In this document: piece by piece, positions 1-9,986 of the stretch
Numbering within the stretch: position 1 is the stretch's first letter
How the letters are laid out: every line of letters begins with the position of its first letter
Virus record (IMG/VR): IMGVR_UViG_3300025875_000006
Location: 1-64,000 of that record
DNA length: 64,000 bases
Source of the DNA: a virus
Lineage: Duplodnaviria; Caudoviricetes
Reading direction: 5' to 3' (one strand)
Position numbers and translations under genes: made by a program
Notes under the pieces: generated by a model
What the model saw: only the letters and a program-made list of their open reading frames with translations
The model's database searches: none
What the model was told of the DNA's origin: nothing

Positions 1-1
1 C

Positions 2-304
2 GTACTGGCGGTCAACGGCGGTGGCCAGTACGCCAACCTCGCGGCTGGCGGCACCATCCCGGGCTTCCCGGCCAACATGGAGTGGTCCCTGAACATCGAG
101 GGGACCTTCCTGTTCCTGGACGGCGGCCAGCTGGACCTCGGCATCGTCCGCGACTCCACGCTGGTCCGGACGAACGACTACCAGACGTTCTCGGAGACCT
201 TCGAGTCCGTCGCGCGCGTCGGCGGCGAGGCCCTGTGGATCACCACCCCGGTGGCCACCACGGGTCGCTACGCCGGTCCGGTCACCTACCCGGCCGCCGT
301 CTGA
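2..304 (+). CDS. Major capsid protein, C-terminal part (runs off the left edge)
   Basis: Open frame from base 2. The LDLGIVRDSTLVRTNDYQTFSETFE motif is typical of actinophage major capsid proteins, and it lies directly upstream of the tail genes. Confidence 0.85.
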   Translation, partial: VLAVNGGGQYANLAAGGTIPGFPANMEWSLNIEGTFLFLDGGQLDLGIVRDSTLVRTNDYQTFSETFESVARVGGEALWITTPVATTGRYAGPVTYPAAV

Positions 305-350
305 TCCTCCTCTGACTGAGGCTGGTTGACAGAGAGAGGAGGGACAGACC

Positions 351-1502
351 GTGGGCTACGTCCAGGACAACGCCGCGTCGGTCCGGGGCCGCGCGCTCCG
401 GGCCACGACGCTCGGTGCTGACGGTGCACCTGCCGTCGGCACGCTCTGCGACATCTACCTGACCGGCGGCTTCATCTCGTTCCAGTTCACCCCCGAGTAC
501 AGCGAGGGTGACGAGATCGAGGTCAAGAACGCCGCCGGTGAGACGTGCGTCTACTACAAGCTCCCCGACACCCTGAAGAACGTCGGGCTGAGCCTGAGCA
601 TCTGCGACCCGGACCCGGTCCTGACGCAGATGCTGGTGGGCGGCGTCGTGCTGGCCGAGGCGGGCAACTCCGCCTACGCCCCGGCGGGCACCGACCCGGC
701 GGACCTGGTGGCGGTCGGCTACGCCTCCGAGGTCGCTGGCCAGGCGGGCACGCCCAACGGCGTGGCCGTCGAGGTCTGGGCCGACGCCATCGTGAACTCG
801 CGGTCGGCGTCCCGGGCCCCGTTCTGGCACTACCTGTTCCCGTCGGCCCAGTTCCGGCTGGACGGTGACCGGGTGGTCGAGAACGGCAACCTGGCCACCG
901 TCTTCGCCGGGACCGGCGTCGGCAACGAGGCCTTCGGCACGGGTCCGCGCATGGACCTGGCCGGGGTGACCCCGGCTCCGCCGGTGTCGGCCTGGGACTG
1001 GCGCTTCCCCGAGTACACCGAGCGGCCGTACCTGTACGCCCGCACGATGTCCGCGCCCATCGGGCTGAAGGGTCAGTTCGACAACCTGGGGGTGGACATC
1101 GTCGCCATCCTCGCGGGCGACCCGGCCACCTTCCAGCCGGTCAACGCGACCCGTCCGGCCGACCTCGCCGCCCTCCAGGCGGCCGGGGCGCTCGGCAGCA
1201 CGTCGGCGTGGGGCGGCGGCCAGTACGTCACCCTGCGGGACGGCACGGAGGCCTACTGGGACGGGGACAGCTGGACGGCTGGCCGCGCGCCCACGCCGGT
1301 CATCGAGGCGACCGGAGCCACCGCCGGTTCGCCGGGGTCCTACACGCCGCCGGGTGCCTCGGCTCCCGCGACGCTGGCGGACCTGGACGGGGTCACCGCG
1401 AACCCGACCACGGCCTGGACCACCGGCCAGCGCGTCGTGCTGGGCAACAGCACCACGGCGCACTGGGACGGCACGGACTGGGTCGCGGGCTCCGCACCCT
1501 GA
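351..1502 (+). CDS. Major tail protein with duplicated C-terminal Trp-rich module
   Basis: 383 aa, GGAGGG RBS, GDEIEVKNAAGETCVYYK motif, position, followed by a terminator. Confidence 0.75.
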   Translation: MGYVQDNAASVRGRALRATTLGADGAPAVGTLCDIYLTGGFISFQFTPEYSEGDEIEVKNAAGETCVYYKLPDTLKNVGLSLSICDPDPVLTQMLVGGVVLAEAGNSAYAPAGTDPADLVAVGYASEVAGQAGTPNGVAVEVWADAIVNSRSASRAPFWHYLFPSAQFRLDGDRVVENGNLATVFAGTGVGNEAFGTGPRMDLAGVTPAPPVSAWDWRFPEYTERPYLYARTMSAPIGLKGQFDNLGVDIVAILAGDPATFQPVNATRPADLAALQAAGALGSTSAWGGGQYVTLRDGTEAYWDGDSWTAGRAPTPVIEATGATAGSPGSYTPPGASAPATLADLDGVTANPTTAWTTGQRVVLGNSTTAHWDGTDWVAGSAP

Positions 1503-1508
1503 TCGGAG

Positions 1509-1538
1509 CCGGGGTGCCCACTCAACTGGGCACCCCGG
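1509..1538 (+). terminator. Intrinsic terminator hairpin after major tail gene
   Basis: CCGGGGTGCCCA-ctcaac-TGGGCACCCCGG, perfect 12-bp stem. Confidence 0.8.
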
Positions 1539-1585
1539 ACCGGTTGACACAGCACTGACGACGGCGGCGAGGACTGGAGGATCGG

Positions 1586-2323
1586 ATGCTCTGGGTGGAC
1601 CCCACCGATCCCGAGGTCTTCGCCGCCGTCGCTGGTCTGGCGGACGACGAGTCCCCCGAGGACCCCACGCCCGAGGAGCAACTGGCCGTGAGCCGGGCTG
1701 TCGCGGTCGCCAGCGAGGTGCTGTTCCTGGCCACCGGGATGCGCGTGCACCCGGCCGGGGAGAACACCGAGGAGTTCATCGGGCCGAAGAACGTCCGCAG
1801 CTTCACTCTCGCCGTCGGCCCGGTGCGGCAGGTGGTCGAGATCGTCACCGTGGACCCCGCCAGCGGCGCGGAGAGCCCCCTGGAGGGCACGCACCGGCTC
1901 GTGGGCAGCACCGTCTACCGCTGGGGCGGCACGCGGCAGCTCAGCACCGGCACGTCCTCCTTCCGTCGAGCGCTGGGCAGCTCCTGCGCTCCGGGCCAGG
2001 TCATCTACCGGGTGACCTACCGCTACGCCTCCACGATCACGCTGGGCGCGCGCGCGGCCCTGCTGGCCTACGCCCGCGAGCTGTTCCTGGCCACCGAGGA
2101 CCCGAACGCCTGCTCGCTGCCCGAGCGGACCACCAGCGTCACGCGCGAGGGCCTGAGCATGGAGCTGATGACCCCGCAGGACTTCCTGGACAAGGGGCGC
2201 GTCGGCCTGCCCTTCGTGGACACCTGGCTGGCCCAGGCCAACCCGAAGCGCGCTCTGCGCCCGGCCGCCGTCTACACCCCTGACTCCCCGCCCGGGGTCG
2301 GCATCGTTCGTGGGCAGGCATGA
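1586..2323 (+). CDS. Head-to-tail adaptor
   Basis: 245 aa, LPERTTSVTREGLSM and GLPFVDTWL motifs of actinophage adaptors, position. Confidence 0.7.
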   Translation: MLWVDPTDPEVFAAVAGLADDESPEDPTPEEQLAVSRAVAVASEVLFLATGMRVHPAGENTEEFIGPKNVRSFTLAVGPVRQVVEIVTVDPASGAESPLEGTHRLVGSTVYRWGGTRQLSTGTSSFRRALGSSCAPGQVIYRVTYRYASTITLGARAALLAYARELFLATEDPNACSLPERTTSVTREGLSMELMTPQDFLDKGRVGLPFVDTWLAQANPKRALRPAAVYTPDSPPGVGIVRGQA

Positions 2324-2862
2324 CCGTGGAGAGCTTCACCCGGCTGGACCCCTTCGCCGCTGAGCAGGCCGCGCTGGAGCAGCAGGCGCTCGTGGCCGGA
2401 GGCGGCATCCGCACGCTGGCCCAGATGGGCCAGGCCCTGCTGGACATCGCCAACCAGGCGGCAGTCGCCAAGGGCGTCAAGCTGCCCGCCCGGCAGATGT
2501 TCTACCCCGCGCCGATCCCGGCCGACTGCGAGCAGGTGGCGGCGCTGTTCAGCGGCTGGACGCCGACGCCCGCACCCGACGGTCCGGTGGTCTGTTCCAC
2601 GTTCCGCTGGATGGCCGGGTTCTCCCTGATCATCACCCGGTGTGCGCCGAAGGGTGCGGTGCAGGTCAAGTCCACCGCGCCCACGCCCGCCGGGATGATG
2701 GCCAGCGCCCAGCTCGCCAGCGACGACGCCGAGGTGCTGCTGGAGGTCGTGAGCCGCCTGGACGAGGTCGGCGGGGACCTGTCGGTCACCGTGGCCCCGC
2801 CGTCGGGCGGGATGCAGACCGTCGAGCTGAACGTCCAGCTGCTGCCCGGGTCCAGCTTCTGA
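2320..2862 (+). CDS. Virion structural protein (tail terminator-like)
   Basis: 180 aa, ATGA-coupled within the head-tail module. Confidence 0.5.
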   Translation: MTVESFTRLDPFAAEQAALEQQALVAGGGIRTLAQMGQALLDIANQAAVAKGVKLPARQMFYPAPIPADCEQVAALFSGWTPTPAPDGPVVCSTFRWMAGFSLIITRCAPKGAVQVKSTAPTPAGMMASAQLASDDAEVLLEVVSRLDEVGGDLSVTVAPPSGGMQTVELNVQLLPGSSF

Positions 2863-3278
2863 TGGCCCGGGTGGACGTCACCATCGAGCTGGACGACGCG
2901 GCCATCGCCAAGTTCCAGGGCTGGGGCGGCCCGGTGGGCAGCGCGGTCGAGCGGCTGGCCAAGGAGACGGTCTTCCGGCAGCGCGCCTTCCAGAACCAGA
3001 AGACCGGCGCGATGACCGCCGGGACCCACTTCGTCAAGAAGACCTGGTCCAAGGGGATCGGTTTCGACGCGGGCTCGGACGTCCAGTACGCGGCGGCCAA
3101 CGACCAGGGCGCGAAGCCCCACAAGATCGTCGCCAAGAACGCCCCCTACCTGGCCTTCTTCTGGCCGAAGGTCGGGCGCTTCGTGCACTTCAAGAGCGTC
3201 AACCACCCCGGCAACAAGCCCTACAACTGGGCGATGCGCGGGATGGAGGCGGCCCTGCGCTTCTGGGAGCGTGGCTGA
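2862..3278 (+). CDS. Neck/minor virion protein (HK97 gp10-like)
   Basis: TGATG overlap, start MARVDVTIELDD, KSVNHPGNKP motif. Confidence 0.6.
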   Translation: MARVDVTIELDDAAIAKFQGWGGPVGSAVERLAKETVFRQRAFQNQKTGAMTAGTHFVKKTWSKGIGFDAGSDVQYAAANDQGAKPHKIVAKNAPYLAFFWPKVGRFVHFKSVNHPGNKPYNWAMRGMEAALRFWERG

Positions 3279-3311
3279 GAGACTGCGCACCGTCACTGCA
3301 CGACCCCCGAG

Positions 3312-3773
3312 ATGGAGATGCTGATGCCCCGCAAGTCGTTCGGAGTGGCCATCGCGGCCGAGCCGATCTCGTTCGACATCGACGCGCCGATCCGTGGCCC
3401 GCAGAACTTCCCCTGCCGCGACCGGCTGGCCGCCGGGTCGCTGATGCGGTTCGCCGAGCTGTTCTCGTCCATTCAGGACGACGCCACCGGCAGCGCTCAG
3501 GACGCCAAGCAGGCCGCCGCCGCCATCCCGGCCATCCGGGACTTCTTCGACTCCGCCCTCCAGCCGCAGGCCCGGGACCGCTTCTGGGACCTGATCAACA
3601 ACGACGACGAGGGCATCCCGCTGGACACGCTCGTGGAGATCGCGGGCTGGCTCGCGGAGGTGTTCAGCGGGGACCGCCCTACTGGAGCGACCTCGTCCAG
3701 TACGTCGGAGGTGACATCACCCGCCGCCGGTTCTGGGGTTTCGTACTCGCGGCCGGACACGCCGACCCCCTGA
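3312..3773 (+). CDS. Tail assembly chaperone
   Basis: 153 aa, directly upstream of tape measure, DRPT motif at the likely slip site. Confidence 0.8.
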   Translation: MEMLMPRKSFGVAIAAEPISFDIDAPIRGPQNFPCRDRLAAGSLMRFAELFSSIQDDATGSAQDAKQAAAAIPAIRDFFDSALQPQARDRFWDLINNDDEGIPLDTLVEIAGWLAEVFSGDRPTGATSSSTSEVTSPAAGSGVSYSRPDTPTP

Positions 3774-3961
3774 GCCTCCCGGCCTACGGCTTCTTCGACC
3801 TCCTGGAGCACTGGATGGAGGAGCGGGCCATCGAGACGGAGGACCAGGGCAAGGCCCGGGACAAGGTCCGAGCGGAGCTGGCCAGGGCCGCCAAGGTGGC
3901 CCAGATGCTGGAGAGCGACGAGGACATCAGCGACATCCCGCCCCACATGCTCGGCAGATAA
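3677..3961 (+). CDS. Tail assembly chaperone, -1 frameshifted extension
   Basis: The -1 frame from CGC CCT ACT reads PYWSDLVQYVGGDITRRRFWGFVLAAGHADPLSLPAYGFFDLLEHWMEE...LGR* with high-GC codon use and has no start of its own. Confidence 0.7.
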   Translation, partial: PYWSDLVQYVGGDITRRRFWGFVLAAGHADPLSLPAYGFFDLLEHWMEERAIETEDQGKARDKVRAELARAAKVAQMLESDEDISDIPPHMLGR

Positions 3962-3997
3962 CCGCAGGTCAGACCCAGGAAAGGACGGAGGCGGTCA

Positions 3998-6900
3998 GTG
4001 GCAATCGTCGGTACCGCCTTCGTCCGCCTGCGGGTGATCGGCGACAAGCTGAAAGGCGACATCGCCAAGGCGACCGAGAAGGCCGTCCAGGAGTCCGCCC
4101 CTTCGCTCCAGCAGAGCGGGGAGGACGTCGGCGAGCAGATCACCGAGGGCGTCGGACGGCAGCTGTCGGCCGGGGTGGACAGCCAGCTCGCCCGGCTGGC
4201 CGACGACATCGGCGACACCATCGGCCGCCGGATGGCCGAGAACATGGGCCGGTCGCTGCGCCGCCGGGCCGGGGACGCCATCTCGAACGGCATCACCTCG
4301 GCGCGCAGCCGTGTCAACCGGATCGGCGACGCCTTCAAGCCCGCCTTCGACCGGTTCGGCGACGAGTGGGGCAAGGCGACCAGCTTCAAGTTCGGGAAGG
4401 TGCTCCGGCAGGGGCTGATCGGTGCGCTCGCCGGGCTGATCACCGCCCTGCCCTCCGTCCTGGCCTTCGCCGGGGCGATAGCTGGGGCCCTGGTGTCCAC
4501 GGCCATCCCGGCCATCGCAGCGCTCGGGCCGGTGGCGACCGGCGCTGGGATCGCGGCGGTGGCCGCCTTCAGCGCGATCAAGATCAGCTCTGCGCTGGTC
4601 GGCATCGCCATGAAGGCCCCGACGGCCGCCCTGGAGGACTTCCAGGCGCGGGCCGAGAAGTTCAAGATCGCCATCGGCACGCCCATCCAGGCCGGGCTGC
4701 TGTCCGGGTTGAACGCCGCCATGCGGATCAGCGGGCCGATCATCACCGCGCTCCAGCCGCAGTTGGTCGGGCTCGGCCTGGCCGTCGGCGACATCGCGCT
4801 GGAGTTCGCCGCGATGCTGGCCGAGGCGTCCAACATGGACCGGCTCGGGACGATCCTTGCCAACAACAACGCCTTCATCGGCCAGGCCAACATCGGCCTG
4901 ACCGGCTTCGGCCAGGCGCTGCTGGTCCTGCTCTCCCACCTGGGCCCGGTGCTGGACTACCTGGGGACCGGGCTGGCCAGCCTCGGTCAGTGGGCCAGCG
5001 CCAGCATCCTGGCGGCCGAGGCCAGCGGGTCGCTGGACAGCTTCATCCAGCGGATGTTCAACAGCTTCCTGCGGTTCTCTGGCATCGTCGCGGACTTCGG
5101 GGCCGGTCTCTACAACGTCTTCGCCGCCGCGCTGCCGGTCGGCGGGTCGATGCTGCTGACGCTGGAGGACATCGGCCGCCGGTTCCGGGAGTGGACCGGC
5201 GACACCACGAACCAGACCCGGATGACCGACTTCTTCGAGAAGATGCGGACCATCGCGGGCGAGGTCTTCTCGATCCTGGGCGACCTCGGGCGGGTCGGCC
5301 TGGGCGCGCTGGAGAACACCGACCTGTCGGCCGTCACGCGCGGGCTGGACACCCTGCGGGCGCTCGGGCCGCCCATCGCCACGATGTTCCGGGCCATCCA
5401 GGACGCCGCTGGCCCGGCGCTGGCCGACGCCTTCTCCAACTTCGTCATCCTGATCACGAACCTGGCCGAGAGCGGGGTCATCGGCCACCTGGCCGGGGCG
5501 TTCTCGGCCTTCTTCCAGGTGCTCTCCGCGCTGCTGGCCATCCCGGGTGTCGGCCAGCTGTTGGCTCTGGCCGCCGCGCTCGGCGCGATGATGACCACCG
5601 TCCGGCTGCTGATCACCGTTCTGCGCCCGCTGGTGGCCATCATCCGGCTGGTCTGGGCCGTCCTGGGCATCCTGGTCGGGGCCTTCGGTGCGATCCCGGT
5701 GGCCATCGCCGCCGTGGTCGCCGGGCTCATCTACTTCTTCGGCTTCACCGAGACCGGCCGAGCCATCGTCATGGCCGCCGTCGAGGGCATCGTGGCCGCC
5801 TTCTGGTGGTGCCGCGACGCCATCGTGGCCGCCTTCAACTGGGTGGTCGAGAAGCTGGGCGCGGCCTGGTCGTGGATCACCACCACGGCCAGCGGGCTGT
5901 GGTCGGACCTGACCGGCATCTTCTCCGGGATCGGCGACTCCATCGCCGGGGTCTGGAACGACGTCGTGGACCGGGTCCAGTCCGCCCTGGGCACCGTGCG
6001 GGACTTCGTGGTCGGCGTCTGGGACGGCATCTACGCCGGGGTGTCAACCGCGCTCGGAGCGACCCGGGACTTCATCGTCGGTGTCTGGAACGCGGTCTGG
6101 GGCTTCATCCAGCCGATCTTGACCGGCATCCTGAACTTCTACGTGATGATCTTCAACGGCATCCGAACCGCCATCGAGTTCGCGTTGAACGTCATCTACC
6201 AGGTCTTCATCCGGATCTGGCCGTTGCTGGCGTTGCCGGTCCGGGTCTTCTACGGCCTGGTCATCCTGCTCTGGCAGCAGCTGGTCGCCGGGATCACCGG
6301 CCTGGTCAACCTGCTGTCCTCCGCGCTGACCACCGCCTGGAACTTCATCTACGGCGTGATCAGTGGCGTGATGACCGCCGTCCGAGACTTCATCGTCAAC
6401 ACCTGGAACGAGGTCTTCGCCTTCGTCTCCGGCGTGCTGTCAGCCATCGTCGCCTGGGTGTCCGACCGTTGGAACGCGGTCTACGCGGCCGTGTCAACCG
6501 CTCTGGCGGCCGTCTGGGCCGTGGTCACCTCGGTGTGGAACGCCGTCTCTGGCTTCATCGCCGGGGTGGTCGGGGCCATCGTCGGCTGGGTCGCCAACCA
6601 GTGGAACCTCATGGTGTCCTTCGTCTCGAACGGCCTCAACGCCATCTGGGGCGTGGTCACCAGCGTCTGGAACAACGTCTCCAGCTTCATCGGCGGCATC
6701 CTGTCGGCCATTTCCAGCCGGGTCAGCTCGGCCTGGAACGGCCTCACCGGGATCATCTCCGGCGCGCTCAACGCCGTCTGGGTCGCGGTGCAGACCGGCT
6801 GGAACCGCGTCGTGGACTTCGTCCAGGGTGCGCTGGACCGCATCGGCGGGATCATCACGAACATCTGGGGTGGCCTGAAAGATGTCGGGACGGGCATCGT

Positions 6901-7312
6901 GAGCGGCCTGAAGGGGGCGGTCAACGGGATCATCGGCCCGATCAACACGGTCATCGGCGGGATCAACAACGCCATCGACCTGGCGAACAAGCTGCCCGGC
7001 GCGGACATCCCGACCATCCCGACCATCCCGAAGCTGGCCAAGGGCGGCGTGGCCAAGCCGTCAGCCGGTGGCACGCTGGCCATCGTGGCCGAGGCCGGAC
7101 GTTCCGAGCGCATCGAGCCCCTGGACTCCGACGGCCTGTCCAAGCGCGACCACGCCATCTTGAAGGTGATCGCGGGCGGCGGCGGCGGCGGGAAGTCCAA
7201 CGTCAACGTCTACCTGGGCGTCGGCCAGCTGGTGCCGCTGATCGCCGAGGTGGTCGAGGAGCGCGAGGACAGCCTGGCCGACCGAGTGCTCACTGGAACG
7301 AAGGCGGGATAG
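3998..7312 (+). CDS. Tape measure protein
   Basis: 1104 aa, Ala/Gly-rich, periodic Trp repeats, follows the chaperones. Confidence 0.93.
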   Translation: MAIVGTAFVRLRVIGDKLKGDIAKATEKAVQESAPSLQQSGEDVGEQITEGVGRQLSAGVDSQLARLADDIGDTIGRRMAENMGRSLRRRAGDAISNGITSARSRVNRIGDAFKPAFDRFGDEWGKATSFKFGKVLRQGLIGALAGLITALPSVLAFAGAIAGALVSTAIPAIAALGPVATGAGIAAVAAFSAIKISSALVGIAMKAPTAALEDFQARAEKFKIAIGTPIQAGLLSGLNAAMRISGPIITALQPQLVGLGLAVGDIALEFAAMLAEASNMDRLGTILANNNAFIGQANIGLTGFGQALLVLLSHLGPVLDYLGTGLASLGQWASASILAAEASGSLDSFIQRMFNSFLRFSGIVADFGAGLYNVFAAALPVGGSMLLTLEDIGRRFREWTGDTTNQTRMTDFFEKMRTIAGEVFSILGDLGRVGLGALENTDLSAVTRGLDTLRALGPPIATMFRAIQDAAGPALADAFSNFVILITNLAESGVIGHLAGAFSAFFQVLSALLAIPGVGQLLALAAALGAMMTTVRLLITVLRPLVAIIRLVWAVLGILVGAFGAIPVAIAAVVAGLIYFFGFTETGRAIVMAAVEGIVAAFWWCRDAIVAAFNWVVEKLGAAWSWITTTASGLWSDLTGIFSGIGDSIAGVWNDVVDRVQSALGTVRDFVVGVWDGIYAGVSTALGATRDFIVGVWNAVWGFIQPILTGILNFYVMIFNGIRTAIEFALNVIYQVFIRIWPLLALPVRVFYGLVILLWQQLVAGITGLVNLLSSALTTAWNFIYGVISGVMTAVRDFIVNTWNEVFAFVSGVLSAIVAWVSDRWNAVYAAVSTALAAVWAVVTSVWNAVSGFIAGVVGAIVGWVANQWNLMVSFVSNGLNAIWGVVTSVWNNVSSFIGGILSAISSRVSSAWNGLTGIISGALNAVWVAVQTGWNRVVDFVQGALDRIGGIITNIWGGLKDVGTGIVSGLKGAVNGIIGPINTVIGGINNAIDLANKLPGADIPTIPTIPKLAKGGVAKPSAGGTLAIVAEAGRSERIEPLDSDGLSKRDHAILKVIAGGGGGGKSNVNVYLGVGQLVPLIAEVVEEREDSLADRVLTGTKAG

Positions 7313-7316
7313 TCGA

Positions 7317-8894
7317 GTGGTGCTGAGCGTGCTGAAGGCCGTGCCGGACGCCCTGCGGGGACTGGTTCGTGTCTCAGCGGTCGGTATGCCCGACGGTCAG
7401 GTGCTGGTCACCCGGACCGCCCGCCGGACGCCGGAGCAGATCAGAGGCGGCGCGTTCGCCTCCACCACCGGCGGCTTCATCCGCGAGGACCCGGAGGCCG
7501 CCTTCGGGGAGCCACTGGTCTACCGGGTCACCGACACGGTGAACGACCGGCACATCCAGTCCAACCGCATCCTGAACCCGAAGGCCAAGAACAACACGGC
7601 CAACTGGACTGCCGGGGCCAACCGCACGTTGGCGCAGGAGACCAACCTGACCCTGGCCCCGTCCCGGGACGCTCTGACGTCTCTGCGGGTCGGCCCGAAC
7701 ACCGCCGGTGTCAACCCCGGCGGCCTGCCGGAGCGCGCGCTGCTGCGGACCACGCCGTCGGGCTTCGGCCCGGGGCGCTGGTTCTTCTCCGGCCAGATGA
7801 TGTACGACAGCCCCGACATCTGGCTCTGGGACGACGTCAAGCAGCGCACCTGGTCGCAGGTCAGGGACAAGGGCGCCTGGCAGCAGGTCAAGTCGGCCAG
7901 CTCCGAGCTGGCCGGGCAGCCCTTCGCCACGCTCTGGGCCGCCGTGATGACCCCGACCGGCACCGTGGTGGTCCCGCCCTTCCAGGTACTCGGCGTCCAG
8001 GTATCCGACGGCGGCGGCTGGGCGACCTTCCAGGCCACGGTGGAGGTCCCCGCAGGTGCACCGGCCGGGGTGCAGCTGGTCTTCCTCCAGGGGCCCCTGA
8101 CGCGCGAGTACGCGGTCACCTGGTGGCTGTCCACGGTCATGGTCACCCCGGAGTCCGAGATGGACGCCGGGGCATTGCCCTACTTCGACGGCGACACCCT
8201 GGTCCCGGCCAACCCGGCGGCCAACCTGGTGCCCGGCTACGCCTGGCAGACGCTGACCAAGGACGCCAGCATCGCCTGGAACGGCACCGAGAACGCCAGC
8301 GTCTCGATCTTCACGGGCCCGTCGGTGATCTACGCCGAGGCCGAGACCCATGTCAACCAGCCAGACGCTCCCCAGCTGCCGGGGATGCGTCTGCCGGTCT
8401 TTCTGTCCGACCCCGTCGCGCCCCAGCTCAGCCAGTGGTTCGAGCTGCTGGAGATCGGCGACCTGAACTTCGCCGCGCGCGCCGCGCTCTACGACATCCT
8501 GGGCCGGGGCCCGCAGATCGCAGTCAGCCAGTTGCGTGCCTGGGCCAACGGCGAGCTGCGCCTGATGACCTACACCGTCGAGCAGGCCCGCGTGGCAGAG
8601 CGGATGTTCGAGAGTGGCCGCATCCTGTTCCTGCGCAACCCGGACCCGCGCTTCCCCGAGTCGGTCTGGTACCTGCACATCGGGGACGTCACGCAGGGGC
8701 GTGTGGGCGCGCAGGTGGCCTGGAGCCCCCAGCGCATCTGGCGGGTCCCCTTCGCCCGCGTCGAGCGCCCCGAGGGCCTGATCGCGGCATCGTCGTCGGT
8801 CACCTGGTCGGACGTGAAGAAGCTGACCTGGGGCGAGGTGCGCCAGCAGCGGGAGGACTGGCTGGACGCGGCGCTGACGAGGGTCACCACGTGA
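7317..8894 (+). CDS. Minor tail protein (distal-tail-like)
   Basis: 525 aa, first gene after TMP, W.DVK..TW..V repeats. Confidence 0.75.
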   Translation: MVLSVLKAVPDALRGLVRVSAVGMPDGQVLVTRTARRTPEQIRGGAFASTTGGFIREDPEAAFGEPLVYRVTDTVNDRHIQSNRILNPKAKNNTANWTAGANRTLAQETNLTLAPSRDALTSLRVGPNTAGVNPGGLPERALLRTTPSGFGPGRWFFSGQMMYDSPDIWLWDDVKQRTWSQVRDKGAWQQVKSASSELAGQPFATLWAAVMTPTGTVVVPPFQVLGVQVSDGGGWATFQATVEVPAGAPAGVQLVFLQGPLTREYAVTWWLSTVMVTPESEMDAGALPYFDGDTLVPANPAANLVPGYAWQTLTKDASIAWNGTENASVSIFTGPSVIYAEAETHVNQPDAPQLPGMRLPVFLSDPVAPQLSQWFELLEIGDLNFAARAALYDILGRGPQIAVSQLRAWANGELRLMTYTVEQARVAERMFESGRILFLRNPDPRFPESVWYLHIGDVTQGRVGAQVAWSPQRIWRVPFARVERPEGLIAASSSVTWSDVKKLTWGEVRQQREDWLDAALTRVTT

Positions 8895-9982
8895 TCCCCT
8901 GCTCCGACCTGTTCAAGGAGTCGATGCGCTACTCCCGGACGATGTTCACCGAGATGGACATCGTCTTCAACGGCGTCGTCCTGGAGAACAACGTCCCGGT
9001 CACCGGCGGGAACGTCACCACCGACCGGTCCCGCAACACCCGGTACGAGGCCTCTGTCGAGATCGGCATGTACCCCTGGGACAGCCTGCCGGTTGACAGC
9101 AAGGGCACCCGCATCCGGCTCCGGCGCGGGGTCGAGTCCATCGGCGTGCGCGAGGCCGTGCCGGTCGCTGAGTACCAGGTCTTCACGCACAGGCGGACCA
9201 ACCGGGGCACCGTCGGCGTCACGCTGAAGGGCCTGGAGCAGTTCCTGATCGAGGCCGAGTTCATCCGGCCGCGCACCCCGCCCTACGGGGCATCCACCAT
9301 CGCCACGATCTCCTCCCTGATCACCGAAGTGCTGCCGACGGCTGAGGTCGTGATGCAGTGCTCGGAAGACCGCCTGGTGCGCGCCACGGGGGCCTGGGAG
9401 CGGGACCGCTGGGGCGCGATCACTGCGCTGGCCAGCTCGCTGAACGCCGAGGTCTTCGCGGGCTACGACGGCCGCTGGTACATCGTGGACGCCCCGGACT
9501 TGGGCAACCTGGCGGGTCAATACCGGCTGGACGGCGGACCGACCGGCGTGTTGATCGAAGAGACCCGCAGCGACACCCGGGACGGGGTCTACAACGCCGT
9601 CAGCGTGGCGACCAACTCCAGCGACCAGACGGTGCCCTCGCTGTGGGCCTGGGCCTACGACAGCGACCCGGACAGCCCGACCTACTTCTACGGGCCCTAT
9701 GGCCAGCGCCCGCGCTTCTACAGCTCGCAGTTCTTCACGAACGTCAGCCAGTGCCAGGCCTACGCCGACCGGCTGCTGATCGAGTCCCTGACGCCCAGCC
9801 AGACGCTGAACATCGGAGGCAGTCCCATCCCGTTCCTGGAGGCCAGCGACCCGGTCACCGTCGTCTCCGAGCAGGGCTACCCGACGGCGGACTACCTGAT
9901 CCAGAAGACGGCGCTGCCGCTGGGCAACGACGCCTGGAACGCCGAGATGCAGCCCGCCGCCAGTCTCCCCACGGAAGGATGA
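8891..9982 (+). CDS. Minor tail protein (baseplate hub-like)
   Basis: GTGA overlap start, SRDGVYNAV and YGPYGQRPRFYSS-type motifs. Confidence 0.75.
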   Translation: MIPCSDLFKESMRYSRTMFTEMDIVFNGVVLENNVPVTGGNVTTDRSRNTRYEASVEIGMYPWDSLPVDSKGTRIRLRRGVESIGVREAVPVAEYQVFTHRRTNRGTVGVTLKGLEQFLIEAEFIRPRTPPYGASTIATISSLITEVLPTAEVVMQCSEDRLVRATGAWERDRWGAITALASSLNAEVFAGYDGRWYIVDAPDLGNLAGQYRLDGGPTGVLIEETRSDTRDGVYNAVSVATNSSDQTVPSLWAWAYDSDPDSPTYFYGPYGQRPRFYSSQFFTNVSQCQAYADRLLIESLTPSQTLNIGGSPIPFLEASDPVTVVSEQGYPTADYLIQKTALPLGNDAWNAEMQPAASLPTEG

Positions 9983-9986
9983 GCCC

